A stretch of DNA of 64,000 nt from Diplonema japonicum (GCA_964019335.1 OZ025733.1:62001-126000); one strand, 5' to 3'; positions 1-11,875 are shown, numbered from the stretch's first letter. Made by a program: numbers and translations. Notes: a model not told the origin generated them from the letters alone.

Positions 1-345
1 ACACTTTAGAGGTATTTTTTTATGGAGATAATTTTAAAAAAAAAAAAAAAAAAAAGAATTAGTGAAAATATCGTGATTTTCACGCGTGGTGGCAAGGGTT
101 AATAAGTGGGTATATACCTTACACTCACTTAGCTTATGAAGTAACATCAATGAGTAAACATGCCGCCACCAGTGAAAGCCGGATCTATACCGTATTAATT
201 ACATTGTTTTATTTCACGACAGTCGCGTTTGAAAGTGTGGGATATTACAGGTTGACGGCGAAATGTGAAATAAAGTGAAATAATATTTTCGCTCCCACAC
301 TGGCTGGAGTTATAAACATATGTAATCTTGCATGTCCACAGGGTG

Positions 346-385
<40 letters not shown>

Positions 386-664
386 CCTTCTTGTGTTTAG
401 GGATAAGGTCACGAATTTTCCTTTCCTTTCTTCTCCTTTGTTTGTTGACAAGCAAGAAAAGGATATGCCTGGCATGGTGTATTCTGCTATCTTTAGCTTG
501 GGAAAAGACGGAGGGAAAAAAAAAAAAAAGAAAGAACGAGAAACAAAGAAAAAAAGGGGGAAAAAAAAAAAAGAAAAAAAACTACCTTTATACATGCGCA
601 CGGCAAGTCACTACCATCACTTTATTATCTTTCATCTTCCATCTGTTTTTTTCTTTTTTCTTTT

Positions 665-695
<31 letters not shown>

Positions 696-709
696 CTTCT
701 TTTTTAAGA

Positions 710-810
710 ATTTGTTTGTACGTGCCGGGTAAAAACCTGGAAAAGTGTGTAAAACCCCAAACACAGGTCCCCTTTTGTTTAGACAAGTCAAAAGACTCGT
801 TCTTGCAAAA
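710..810 (-). repeat. Dispersed repeat; inverted copy of the sequence at ~10215-10320
   Basis: Reverse complement reads TTTTTGCAAGAACGAGTCTTTTGACTTGTCTAAACAAAAGGGGA...CCAGGTTTTTACCCGGCACGTACAAACAAA and matches 10215-10320 with a few differences. Confidence 0.8.
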
Positions 811-837
811 AGAAACTGGACAAAACCGAAAATTGCT

Positions 838-871
<34 letters not shown>

Positions 872-2049
872 TTTTCTAAATAAAATTGCTGCGTGAACTC
901 GAGAGCGAAATGGTACCTCTATTGTTTTTCTTTTTTTTTTTTTTTTTCTGTTCTTTTTTTTTTCATTCTTCTGTGTTCAAAAAAAAAAAAAATCAATACA
1001 GGTTATTTTTCAAACAAAAAAAAAAAAAAAAAAAAAAAAAAAACACACAAACTAACGCTCGAAAAAATGGTGACCTTTGGTATCCCTTTTTGCGACCCTA
1101 CAGAACTCGCCAATGAAGAGCTGCAGGAGAAAGAAGCCTCAGAAAAGGTGAGGGGGCCGAGCTTCTCTGTCTTTACTCGGTTTTTGCACGCGCGGAGGCT
1201 GAAAGACACTAAAAACCTGAATAGCGAGTTAGAGCTTCAGCTAGTTGCGCACGAAATGTCCCCGCACTGAGAGTAGAATACACGGGGGGTTTTTTTTAAT
1301 TTTTTGCTTTAAGAGGTTTTAAAGCACTGATATATCCCAGGAATTCTTTTTAAGAAAAAGATAAAAAAGAAAGAAAAGAAATAAAAGAAACAAAATAAAA
1401 AAAAAATAATATTAATTCTCTTTTTTTTTTTTTTTTTTTTTATTCTCCCTCTATCTCTCCACACAATATTTAAAAAGAAAAAAAAAATTATATATGAAAT
1501 GTTATGATCTCTTACTGAGATGTGATCTTTTAAAAAAAAAATTTATTTTTTTTTTACCCTTCCTCTTCTTTTTCCTGCCTCCCTCTATTACCTCATCGGG
1601 CCTTAGAGGCTAAGCGTTATATCACCCATCCTGGCCACTATCTTCCAGAATAGGAGGTACCCCGGTTAGCTTTTATTCCCACTATGTGAGTCTTGCTTTT
1701 TTACTTTTTTTTCTTTCTTAATACATTCTTTTTTTAAAGGTGCTCCCTGCCATATGTCTGCAGGTTTCCCTTCAAAGACACGAAAAAAAAAGTTTTTTTT
1801 TTTCCTCCCTCATTTTTTTTAATAACCTTTTTTTTTGTCTTGATTTTTTTTTTCTTCTTCTTTGATGGGTCGTTGTAAACCCTTCACCCCCCATCAAAAT
1901 TTTTTATTATTCCATTCTCCCTTTTTTGTTTATCCCCCCCCCTTTTTTTTTCTTGCGTGTATGTGCGTAGCGCATTATGCTTTCGTAAACTTAATCGAAT
2001 TACAAGAGAGAGAGGGGGAGTGGAGGGGGAGGGAAATAAATAATAATAA

Positions 2050-2458
2050 ATGTTATTCCACTCGTTTTTTAAATCACTGGAAAAGAAAGGCAATGTAGAG
2101 GTTATTGTTGAACTTAAGAATGGAATGGCCGTCCGAGGAACGATTGTGTCAGGTAATGAGGAAGAAAGAAAAAAAAAAAAAAAAAAAAAAAACTCCTCTC
2201 CCCTAGTTGACCAGCATCTTAACTTAAAGTTAGGAAACGTACACGCGGATCAAAAGAAATACCCACATATGGTGTGTGCCATTTTTTTTTTTTTTTTTTT
2301 GCAAAAAGGAACCCCCCCCCCCCCCCCAGGCAGCTGTTAAAATCTGCTTCGTCAGGGGCAGTGTTATCCGATACATCCAGTTGCCACCGGGAGAAGTCGA
2401 CGGTGATGTGATGATTGAAGCAGCGAAAAAAGAGTTGACAAAGGATGGGAAGAAATAA
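2050..2458 (+). CDS. LSM2: U6 snRNA-associated Sm-like protein LSm2; exons 2050-2152, 2207-2271, 2330-2458
   Basis: Spliced product MLFHSFFKSLEKKGNVEVIVELKNGMAVRGTIVSVDQHLNLKLGNVHADQKKYPHMAAVKICFVRGSVIRYIQLP... follows the LSm2 pattern (MLFYSFFKSL..VVELKN..SVDQYLN..KYPHM..CFIRGSVVRY). GT-AG introns 2153-2206 and 2272-2329 restore the alignment. Confidence 0.93.
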
Positions 2459-2566
2459 GACAAAACAATTTTTTTTTTCTTCCCCCCCTCCCATCCCTGC
2501 AACGCTACAACAAAAAAAAGGGCTTCTCCCTCACCTCCCCTTAAAAAAAAAAAAAAAAAAATAATA

Positions 2567-4355
2567 ATGAAGCGATACCTCAGTCGAGGTCGAGGTGTTT
2601 TGCGAAATGCTTGTAAACACAAACAAACACCCGTCTCAGGCTCTCCTTCCACCTCGCAGCCCGTCACAAGCAGCGTGAGGTGGAAGAGCATATCGGCATT
2701 AAGAGAGGCGAAGGACATACATTTCGACCCCGAAAGAAACCTCAGAGAATACGAAGGCCTCAACGGAGGACAAATCATAGAAAAAAAACTACGGGAGTAC
2801 GGGGTGGACCACGTCTTCGGGTTCACAGGAGGTGCCATTCTACCCGTTACCGATGCTTTTTACGGATCGCCAATCAAGTTTATCAACAACGCTTCAGAAC
2901 AGTGTTCTGGACATTGCGCAGAAGGGTACTCAAAGGCAGGTGGCGGAATGACAACAGGAATTGCCGTTGCTACCTCAGGCCCCGGTGTTACCAACCTTGT
3001 CACCGCTCTTCAAGACGCTTTAACGGACTCTGTCCCAATGATTGCGTTTGTGGGACAAGTTCCTACAGCAGCAGTTGGTACCGATGCGTTTCAAGAATGC
3101 CCCAGTATCTCTATCACACACCCGTGTACTAAATGGAACTATCAGGTGAAGAGTCTTGAAGAATTCCCTGATGTAATCGATAAGGCGTTCTACAAAGCCC
3201 ATTCGGGTAAGAAGGGTCCTGTTCTTTTGGATCTTCCGAAGGATATTATGGTGCAGGTTATGAACGCGGACTCTGGTTACAAAAACGAGCACCATCTCGT
3301 CCCGAAGATCGACCCCCCGAAGCCGTCGTTCATCCGCAATATCCAGGAGATCGCAGATCTCATCAACATCTCGAAAAAACCCGTCATCGTTGCAGGCCAA
3401 GGCGCCAACGATGCTGTAGAAGAGGTTAGAACACTCCTCGGGACGGGCATACCCGTAACAACCACGCTGCACGCATTGGGTCTTGTCGATGAAGATGACC
3501 CATTATCTCTAAAAATGCTTGGAATGCACGGGTCGGCTTACGCAAACTACGCTGTACAGGAAGCGGACCTTATCATAGCAGTCGGGTACAGATTCGACGA
3601 TAGGACCACAGGAAGGCTTGATCAATACGCTCCGGAAGCCAGAAAAGCGGAAAAAACAGGAACCGGCGGCATCATCCACATCGAGATCGAGAAGAAACAA
3701 ATCGGGAAGATCGTAAAACCGACACAATCTGTGTGGGGAGACGTGAAACACACCCTGCAACAGCTGATACCGCTAGTGGAGAACAAGGAACGGGCTGCAT
3801 GGAAAAAAAAAGTTGCGAAATGGAAGGAAATGCACCCTTTAAAATGGCTGCCTTGCGAAGACCCGAAACACTTCAAAGTACAAGAAGTAGTCCACGAAAT
3901 GGACGCGTACCTCCATGAGGTGAACAGGGCCAAGGACACAATCTGGACAACGGGTGTGGGTAACCACCAAATGATGTGCGCACAGTTTGTCACATGGAAG
4001 TGGCCAAGGACTATGCTTTCTTCCGGGTCTCTGGGTACTATGGGTGTTGGGGTTCCCTACGCCGTCGGGGCTCAGCTTCGAAAACCTGATAGCACCGTTA
4101 TTGTGATTGATGGTGATGCCTCTTTCCAGATGACTTCCAACGACTTACGGACTCTGGCCGAGCACAACATCCCTGTGAAGATAGCCATTATGAATGATTT
4201 CAAACAGCAGATGGTGCACATTTGGCAGACCATCTACTTCAACCAAAGGTACCTAATTACTGAGAGCCACAACCCTGACTTCTGCAAGCTAGCGGAAGCG
4301 TACGATATAGCGACCATCCGTGTGGATGACAGGGCTAAGTTGAAGGTTTGAAAGG

Positions 4356-4387
<32 letters not shown>

Positions 4388-4617
4388 ACAGGATGGTATA
4401 AAGCACTTTATTGATTACAATAAAGGTCCCATTATTGCCGACTTCAGGGTGCAATCTGATATGTGTACGCCTATGGTATGAGAGGGAAATTTAAAAAAAA
4501 TTTTTTTTTAAAAAAAAAAAATTGTAGGTTGCTCCTGGTGCTGCTCTTGATGATATGATTCTCGAGCCTGAAGAGATTATGAGACTGGAGGCGAATCCCT
4601 CGCAGGTTCCGGGTTAA
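2567..4617 (+). CDS. ILV2: Acetolactate synthase (AHAS) catalytic subunit with probable N-terminal targeting peptide; exons 2567-4345, 4392-4475, 4528-4617
   Basis: Motifs VFGFTGGAILP, ATSGPGVTNLVT, GTDAFQE, GMHG, RFDDRTTG, TGVGNHQM, GSLGTMG and TPP motif GDASFQMT. Introns 4346-4391 and 4476-4527 add the C-terminus DGIKHFIDYNKGPIIADFRVQSDMCTPMVAPGAALDDMIL...*. Confidence 0.95.
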
Positions 4618-5266
4618 AAAAAAAAGACAAAACATAAATAATTGTGGGAGGGGGGAAGGGGAAGGAGATGTTTCATAAAAAAAAAAAAAAGTGAGGACAA
4701 CCGTATTTTTTCTTTTGGACTTAATTATTGGAACGGGGTATTACACCCCATATCTCTAAAACCCGTTTGGTGGAAAAAAAACTTCTAAGGAAAATCTTTC
4801 AAAGGTTGGCAGAGAGAATGGCGTTATTTAAAGGGAAAAAAAAAAAAAAAAAAACCGGCAGCAGGAGAAAAATGCGCATGTAAAAGGGGGGACCCAATTT
4901 TTTTTTCTCCCCCCCGTTCCATATTGAGTTCAAAAAAAAAAAAAAGAAATACGGGTTAGAAAAAGGAATAAAAAAAATGCAAAAGTCCCTTAATTTGCGA
5001 GTGCGTGATTTATTTACCCTAAAAAAAAAAAAGAAAAGCTTCTTCACAATTCTCTTCTCTTCTTTTCCCCTACAACACTATGCCAACGGCGTGTCCCCTC
5101 CCTCCTTTTTATTTAAAAAAACAAAAGAAAGAAAAAAAAACAAAAAAAAAAAAACACACACGAAAAGCATTTAATATATACTTCTTTTTTTTTTTTTTAC
5201 CTCCACCCTTTGCGAGTGGGGGCTCATTCCTCTCCATATTCCCTTCCTTTACGTAGCGGCAATTAG

Positions 5267-5308
<42 letters not shown>

Positions 5309-6174
5309 TCTGCCAAGATCAGGATTTCTTGTACCCAAAAGGTGCCTCCCCCCCCACCCCTTGCGCAAGAACACATTTTTTTTGTTGAAAGAAAAACGTG
5401 TTAGAATGCAGCAGGACTTTCTTTCGTGGCTCTTCTCTTTCATAGTGTGCTTACCCCCCCCTCCCCCTTCCTCCTCTTGTGCTGGTTCCTCTTTTTAAAA
5501 AAAAAAAAAAAAGAAATTGCGACACAGCAGAGGTCGCAAAGAGAAAAAAAAATGAGGGTTTTTGGCACATGAAGGAGGAGGACGCGGCGAGAATGGCAAG
5601 CATTTTCTATATCTTGGACTCCTTACTTTTTTTTTTCTTTCTTTTTTTTTTTTTCTTTCTTTTTTTTTTTATACTCCCCTGTAACAAAGAACGAACCCAA
5701 GTGAAAGAAAAAAAATATAAAAAAAAAAAATAATAATTAGAATTTGAAAATTGGTAATAAATGGGTGCCAGCTTCCGAAGAAAAAAAAAAAAACTTGCGT
5801 GCAAATTGTATTCTGTATTTTTTTAAAGATTGGGTTTTGAGGAAGAAAAAAAAATCTGAAAGACCTTCACAACTTTTTTGTGCAGAGCACATCAACTCTT
5901 TTAAACTACGATATTTCAAAAAAAAAAAAAAAGGGAAAAAAAAAAAAAAAGGGATTGCGTTGCCCACACACACACACCCTCCCTCCCCCCTCGCCCACAT
6001 TATTGCAGAAGTCGGCCCGCGATTTTATACTTTTTTTTTCTTAACAACCCCTGGTTCACCTCCTCGTCTCTCTTTTTTTTTTTTTTTTTTTTTTGTTTGT
6101 TTTAAGACATTTCTTTTCTCTTTTTTTTTTTCGTTTCATTGCCACCCTTCCCCACCCCACCCCGAAAGTCACAC

Positions 6175-7404
6175 ATGAATGTGACGCATCTTCTGCAATG
6201 CGTGCGTGCCCTGCAAACACTAATGCAACACGCAGATAACAGCAACGAGTTCAAAACAGAAGACGGGACAGCCAAAGTGCTGCAGAGATATGCCACATGG
6301 ATGACAACAGCAGCCCAACACGGCTCAGAGGACTTCCTGCCTGACAAGAATGTAACATGGGTGTGGACCGTTCACATGCTCGCACCAAAATTATATTACG
6401 AGGACTGCAAAAAGGTACACGGCACAGTAATCCACAGGAAGGTAGGGGTGTCCCCTGAGGAAGAAACAGCTGCTCGTGCAGCTTACTCTGCAAAAAACAT
6501 CATTGCCCCATCCCCTACAGAGCACCCTTATACCTACAATTTACGTGCGTCTTTAAAGAAACAGGAAGCTTTTTTTTTTGAAGTATCTCGGCCTCAATTC
6601 CACAACCAGCACTTCATGCAGCATGCTGTGGGGAGGTACCAACGTTTTTTACAACTAACAGCCTTGCGGAAGGGGAAGCTGACGGTGCCGACATATGACA
6701 TCGACCTTGCTTGGCATGCTCACATGATGCTCAGTGCTGTCTACGCCAGAGAAGCATCTGCAATTGTAGGGTGTATCCCTCATCATGACGATGGTAGTAA
6801 CAGCACCATAGATACTGAGCTGCAGGCAGCGTTTTCCAGCACAGCCGAGGAGTACGAGACCACCTTTGGCGAAGGCTATAGAATACTCGGCGGTATGAGC
6901 ACATTGCAAGCTCGGCCCCCTACCTGGCGGTACTCCAATAGTATCGATTTGTGTATTGCGCAAAGTGTGCCTGCTGCCGTTGTAGAGTGCACCGTGTACC
7001 CAGAGTCTTCATTATGTGGAAATGGAAATATCGGTGTCCTCGGGTTTAGCATTGCAGTCCTTGGGTGTAGGTACTTTGCGGCTGACGGTGGGTTCGTTTT
7101 GAATCTGATGGTTTTTGTAGGATTCTGGGAAGAGGTGGGTGAACGTGTGGAAACAGTCCTCGGTGGGTCGAGTGTCTTGCGGCTTCCCAAGGTCTTGCCG
7201 CCTCATAGCGGTTTGGGTGTGCTCGTCGCTACGTGTACAGGGAGTACCGTGGTTCGTTTGGATCCCTTTTGTTTGCACCCGTCTGTCCATGTTTCCTTTT
7301 CGGTGCCCTTCTATGTTGACGGTGTGGGTGAGGTGGGGCAGATTCGTCTGTGCGTCTCTGGGGTGGCCAAGGAATTTTCGTTAGCGTGTCGAGAAAAAAA
7401 ATAA
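6175..7404 (+). CDS. DUF1399/GRDP-like domain protein
   Basis: Long clean ORF; AVGRYQRFLQL...VPTYDIDLAWHAHM...IPHHDD is the DUF1399-type pattern. Start codon uncertain. Confidence 0.7.
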   Translation: MNVTHLLQCVRALQTLMQHADNSNEFKTEDGTAKVLQRYATWMTTAAQHGSEDFLPDKNVTWVWTVHMLAPKLYYEDCKKVHGTVIHRKVGVSPEEETAARAAYSAKNIIAPSPTEHPYTYNLRASLKKQEAFFFEVSRPQFHNQHFMQHAVGRYQRFLQLTALRKGKLTVPTYDIDLAWHAHMMLSAVYAREASAIVGCIPHHDDGSNSTIDTELQAAFSSTAEEYETTFGEGYRILGGMSTLQARPPTWRYSNSIDLCIAQSVPAAVVECTVYPESSLCGNGNIGVLGFSIAVLGCRYFAADGGFVLNLMVFVGFWEEVGERVETVLGGSSVLRLPKVLPPHSGLGVLVATCTGSTVVRLDPFCLHPSVHVSFSVPFYVDGVGEVGQIRLCVSGVAKEFSLACREKK

Positions 7405-7529
7405 TAAAATAACATAAAAAAAAAAAAAAAAAAAAAAAGGTTTCTTTCTTGATTTTTCTTCCCCCTTTTAAAAGAAAAAAAAAATCCCAGACCGTTCACA
7501 TCTCAAACCAAAAAAAAAAAAAAGAAAAA

Positions 7530-8072
7530 ATGGGCAACTGTGGCAGCGCACCCGGACCTGGTGGGAAGAAGTCACAGGAGGCACCTGTGCCAAAGGTGTG
7601 ATGGGAGGGGACAAAAAAAAAAAAAAAACAGCTTGACCCTAAGATGCTTGGGCTTTCGACAAGGGAGGCTAACGCAGCCGGAAGGTTCAAAACTCTGCAG
7701 GAGACCTATGCAACAATGAAGGATAAGATGGCAAAGGATGATAAGAGGGAGGCGGAGAAGAAGACCCCAGAGGCCATGCACAAGGATCTGATGGAGGAGA
7801 AGACGATCAAGGAACAGATCGATGACGTGGTCACTGACCTCGACAGGGAACTGAAACTCACTGACAAAGCCGGAAAGGCACAGAATGAGATGATGCAAGA
7901 GATGGGTGAGGACAATCCTGACAACAAGGTGCCAGACGTACCGGGCGCCTCAGCTGCGTGGAACAAGGCCAAAAAGGAAGCTCAGAAGAAAGCGGTCAAA
8001 GAAACCTGCACCGCCTTCCTAGGTCAAGAATTACTCGCTTCGCAGCAGGTCGTTGCAGAGGCCACTTCATAG
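7530..8072 (+). CDS. Small helical protein with N-terminal myristoylation/palmitoylation-like motif (MGNCGS); exons 7530-7595, 7632-8072
   Basis: ATG at 7530 follows an A-run. The 36-nt intron GTGTGA...(A)nCAG (7596-7631) joins MGNCGSAPGPGGKKSQEAPVPK in frame to LDPKMLGLST... of ORF 7644-8072. Confidence 0.75.
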
Positions 8073-8363
8073 GCGCAAGTCAACTTTAATTTTTTTTTTT
8101 TCCCCCTTTCTTGTAAAACATCGTACACTTACATAAACACCTATTTTGCTTCCTCACATTTCCCCCCCCCCCCTTTTTTTTCTCCTTTTTTTAAAAAGAA
8201 ATAAGATAATGATAAGAATGAGATGAATAAGAAAAAAAAAATAATTGCAATCGCAAAAATTAAAAAAAAAACTTGTTTCCCTATCTCACCCCCTCTCCCA
8301 TTATATTAAAACAAACACTTTTTTTTTCTTCTTCTTCTCCCGTTCTCTCTTCTCTTGTTGGTT

Positions 8364-8400
<37 letters not shown>

Positions 8401-8511
8401 CCCTACTCGACACGTTTTCTTTTCTTTTCTTTTTTTCCACACATAAAAAAAAAACTTTTTTTTTCTTCTTCCCTCTACAACGGCTTTAAAAAAAAAAAAA
8501 AACACAGCACA

Positions 8512-9630
8512 ATGTACATGACAGAAGTTTTCGAAGTGGGCGAGAAATCAAACACACCCCCCTCCAAGAAACGAAAACTGAGCGAAAAAGAAAAACTCGA
8601 AGCAGGAAAGGCCTTTTTCGCAGAGGTCCTGAATGTCGTAGAAAGCGACAGCGAAAACGACAACGAAAATGTAGGCGCTCTCCCCATCACACCACCGAGC
8701 GTGTGCTCCACCCCGGACGACATAAAATCACTTAAAAAAGAAGAACTGGCACCAGAGACACAACTTGAAGAGCTACCCTCCGCCAATCTCCTAAGCCAAC
8801 CACCTTCAATATATGAGGTACCAGACACACACACAGCACCCGATACCCCTTTGACCCCCGAAGAAGAAGAAGAAGAAGAATCCACACCCGAATCACCATC
8901 AAAGCCAACATGGAAGGAGGTCGACACACAAATGCTCCCACCTCCTTCACCTCAAGCGAACAACAAGGCTGCACCACCTGTTGATCAAGCCGACCTGTTC
9001 CGCCTAGTCCCTGCCGAGGAGGATATTTTAAACGCGAGTTCTCCAACAGAAAGCGTTAGGAGACTACTGTGGGAAGAGGATGAGGTGCAACCGGTAATAA
9101 GCCCAGTGGTGCAACCGGTAATAAGCCCAGTGGTGCAACAGGTGAAGGAGAGGCCAAAGCGGCGTAGCTCACCAGGGTACACAGTCCTGCAGGTAGAGGA
9201 TGCGTTAAGATGGTGTGCTACCCATGGCCGACCGCACAGGAACCTCCTGGCGGTCGTGATGGGCGATGAGATGGAGAAAGCTGTCATGACAGCAGCTGAC
9301 AGCAGCAGGGTGTTCAGGATAGCGTTGTTGGCTTTCCTGATAGTGGATAGGTGTGAGTTGCCGGGTCCTTTGACACCGCCTCCAGACTGGCAGATTTGTG
9401 CTATGAAGGCAAATGCAACGGCTGAACAGGTTGCGGCCTTTTATAAGCTTGCGCCCTCATGCGTGCGGTGTCGTCTGCAGTGGGCGAAGTCTTTGCTTGC
9501 GTCTGTGGGCGGCACGCTGTCGTACACACCGGCGAACTCACCGTTCCTCCCGCCGCCTATTGGCCTGCGGTCCGACTTTACAAAACTACACTCCAGCCAC
9601 TCTTGTGAATGCCCTATCAGGAGAAAATAG
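8512..9630 (+). CDS. Hypothetical protein with acidic/Pro-rich N-terminal half and NLS-like PPSKKRK
   Basis: Homopolymer-free ORF starting at an ATG after an A-run; no family recognised. Confidence 0.65.
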   Translation: MYMTEVFEVGEKSNTPPSKKRKLSEKEKLEAGKAFFAEVLNVVESDSENDNENVGALPITPPSVCSTPDDIKSLKKEELAPETQLEELPSANLLSQPPSIYEVPDTHTAPDTPLTPEEEEEEESTPESPSKPTWKEVDTQMLPPPSPQANNKAAPPVDQADLFRLVPAEEDILNASSPTESVRRLLWEEDEVQPVISPVVQPVISPVVQQVKERPKRRSSPGYTVLQVEDALRWCATHGRPHRNLLAVVMGDEMEKAVMTAADSSRVFRIALLAFLIVDRCELPGPLTPPPDWQICAMKANATAEQVAAFYKLAPSCVRCRLQWAKSLLASVGGTLSYTPANSPFLPPPIGLRSDFTKLHSSHSCECPIRRK

Positions 9631-9779
9631 GAGGGGGGGGGGGGGTGATAATGCCCTGGGTGATTAGCCCTGTGGGTGTTTTTTTTTTTTTTTTCTTTTC
9701 TTTTTTCTTCCCATCGTTGTATTTTTGTTTTTTTTGTTTTCTTGTTTATTTGTTTTTTTCTTATATTATACCAACTGGG

Positions 9780-9815
<36 letters not shown>

Positions 9816-9857
9816 AGTCGTGAGGGGAAAACCATTTTCCACAACAAACAAAAAAAA

Positions 9858-10199
9858 ATGGAAGCGAACAGCAACGCTGAGCACCACCCTCTCCCGATAG
9901 ACCCGGATGCCTTTGCCAAGCTGGGGGCCCAGGTGAGGGGCCAGCCAGGGTGGGTGTACGGGTACCCTGGGGGGCCTCTGGTAGCGGAGCGCCCTGTTTT
10001 TGAATTCATCTACAATGACCCACAAGACCCACGAACCTGTCTGTGTGGATATTCGTGCAACACTAGAAGTGCATGCTGTCTGACATACACCTGTAACGTG
10101 GCACACCCCAAAGGGAAGATGTGGTTCGCAGCAAGAGTTATGGTCTGCATCTCTATATTTGTTCTTTTTCTCATTCTGCGGATCATTCTCTTCTACTAA
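9858..10199 (+). CDS. Small Cys-rich protein with C-terminal transmembrane helix
   Basis: MEANSNAEHH...CLCGYSCNTRSACCLTYTC...VMVCISIFVLFLILRIILFY*; ATG follows an A-run. Confidence 0.55.
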   Translation: MEANSNAEHHPLPIDPDAFAKLGAQVRGQPGWVYGYPGGPLVAERPVFEFIYNDPQDPRTCLCGYSCNTRSACCLTYTCNVAHPKGKMWFAARVMVCISIFVLFLILRIILFY

Positions 10200-10247
10200 C
10201 TTCCTCTTTTTTTTTTTTTGCAAGAACGTGTCTTTGACTTGTCTAAA

Positions 10248-10601
10248 CAAAAGGGGAACGTTGGCAACGTGTTTCGGGTTGACAAACTTCTCCAGGTTTT
10301 ACCCGGCACGTACAAACAAAATGACGGCACTAGACTGGGATGATCTGGTCCAATACGCGGACCTCGAGTACCCATCGGGAAGCACTCGCGCCCCTCACCT
10401 CGCGGATTGCATCTTCGAGGAGTGCGACACCTCGCACGGTGACACTGCGGTTCACTGTGCGAGGTGTGGCGCTAAAGGGCAGAGGACATGTTTGTCCTCT
10501 CGCTGCCCACCACGCCTAAGTCAGGCGTTTCTTCCAGTGGAAGATTCCACCCAGTGGGTGTGCCCCCCATGCACGTACAAACAACGGCCAGTTCCTCTTT
10601 T
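10248..10601 (+). mobile_element. Repeat element with short inverted ends carrying a PHD-finger-like ORF fragment (10321-~10590)
   Basis: Ends AAAAGGGGAAC...GTTCCTCTTTT. Direct repeat GCACGTACAAACAA at 10306-10319 and 10571-10584 flanks MTALDW...CIFEEC...HCARC...TCL...WVCPPC. A shorter related copy lies at ~13397-13470. Confidence 0.5.
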
Positions 10602-11033
10602 TTTTTTTTTTTTCTTCTTTTGATACATCACATGAAAAGGTCTGTATTTTCCTTTGGGTTTTTAAAAAATCGCCCCCCCCCCTTTTTTTTGTCATTTGAG
10701 TCACACGAGGAGTAAAAACCCTTAGTGAGGTGAAGAATATGACGAAAGAGGTGCAGAGACCCTTTTCTCCCTATAAAACATCATCAGTTAATGTGCCCTT
10801 AACTGTTACACGCGTGTGCTACTCATACTTTGCTATGATTTTACGCAACAGGGGTGTTTTAGTGAGAGTGTGTGATTGACCCTTCTTGGTCTTCATGTCC
10901 CTCCGGCACTTTCTGAATTGTGAATGATGGCCTGATTCTCTGAGATACTGGGCCGTTGCCACTTTTAGCATGTTTCCCCTTTTATTTCTTGTACATTCGT
11001 TCCTCTCTTGTTGACAAGCCTTTTTGTTTTTAA

Positions 11034-11185
11034 CCACTAAAAAAAAAAACCGGGGAAAAAAAAAAGTCCATTTCAAAAACACTATTCTAGCCCAGATTTA
11101 GCTTGCGTTTCACACCTCTCTGGCCAGTGAGGGGACTTGTCGGTGTTCTTTAATGTCACATATATATGACATGTGGGTTTAGTGG
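11034..11185. mobile_element. Miniature TTAA-flanked element (piggyBac-type MITE candidate)
   Basis: TTAA|CCACTAAA (11030-11041) ... TTTAGTGG|TTAA (11178-11189). The end resembles CCATTAAA of the large element at 21675. Confidence 0.45.
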
Positions 11186-11752
11186 TTAAAAAGGAAAAAA
11201 GGTTTCTTCCCCCCACCTATCTATTTTTTTTTTCTTGGGACTGCCATTAAAGCCAGCCTTTCGTGACACTTGCAGCTCCCCGGTGACCACCTTCCACCCT
11301 ATAAAAAAAAAAGAGAAAAAAGCTGTTTTTTTTTTTTTTTTGAATTTTTTTTTTTTTTAAATACGTTTCTCGCATTTTTTTTTTCTTGTTGTTTTTGTTG
11401 TTTGCTTTTCTTCAGCATATTTTTCAGAACAAAAAAAAATGGGGGGTAAAAAAAAAAAAGGGTAACAGAATATGGTATGCTAAATATCCCGGCTTCTCTC
11501 TCTTTTTTTTTTTTTACTTAATTTTGTAAAGTTACATGAAGAAATTTCTAAAGAGCCATAAAAATCAGAAATCACTCTACCGTTCACGTGTAAAAATATA
11601 GTGGACCATAAATGTAAAGTAATAGGCCGAATTTGGCTTTAAAAAAGTGCCATAAATGTAAAGTAAAATCTGATTTTTACGCTGAGCAATTTTCGGACTT
11701 TTTCGGCATTCGTCTTCATTTTTTTGCATCTGGTGTGCCGCTAACACCGCCG

Positions 11753-11828
11753 AACCGTCCCCGTAGGGATGGGCAGTAAAGGAACACTATGGCAGGAGAA
11801 CCAGGGTTTCCGATACAAGTGCACTTAT

Positions 11829-11869
<41 letters not shown>
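11753..11869 (+). mobile_element. Short retroposed insertion with A38 tail and 13-bp target-site duplication
   Basis: GCTAACACCGCCG at 11740-11752 and 11870-11882 flanks 79 nt plus A38. Confidence 0.65.
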
Positions 11870-11873
<4 letters not shown>

Positions 11874-11875
11874 AC

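Noticed and set aside
1-102. GGCAAGGG-TTAA as a possible piggyBac right end
   Set aside because: The partner end would be outside the window, so it cannot be supported.
195-1270. Many short ORFs rich in poly-K/F/P/G here and throughout intergenic DNA
   Set aside because: They are translations of homopolymer runs with no domain signal.
4346-4351. Stop-codon readthrough or alternative genetic code to explain ORFs ending V-stop
   Set aside because: Each case (GTN TGA) is explained by a GT-AG intron that restores the conserved protein.
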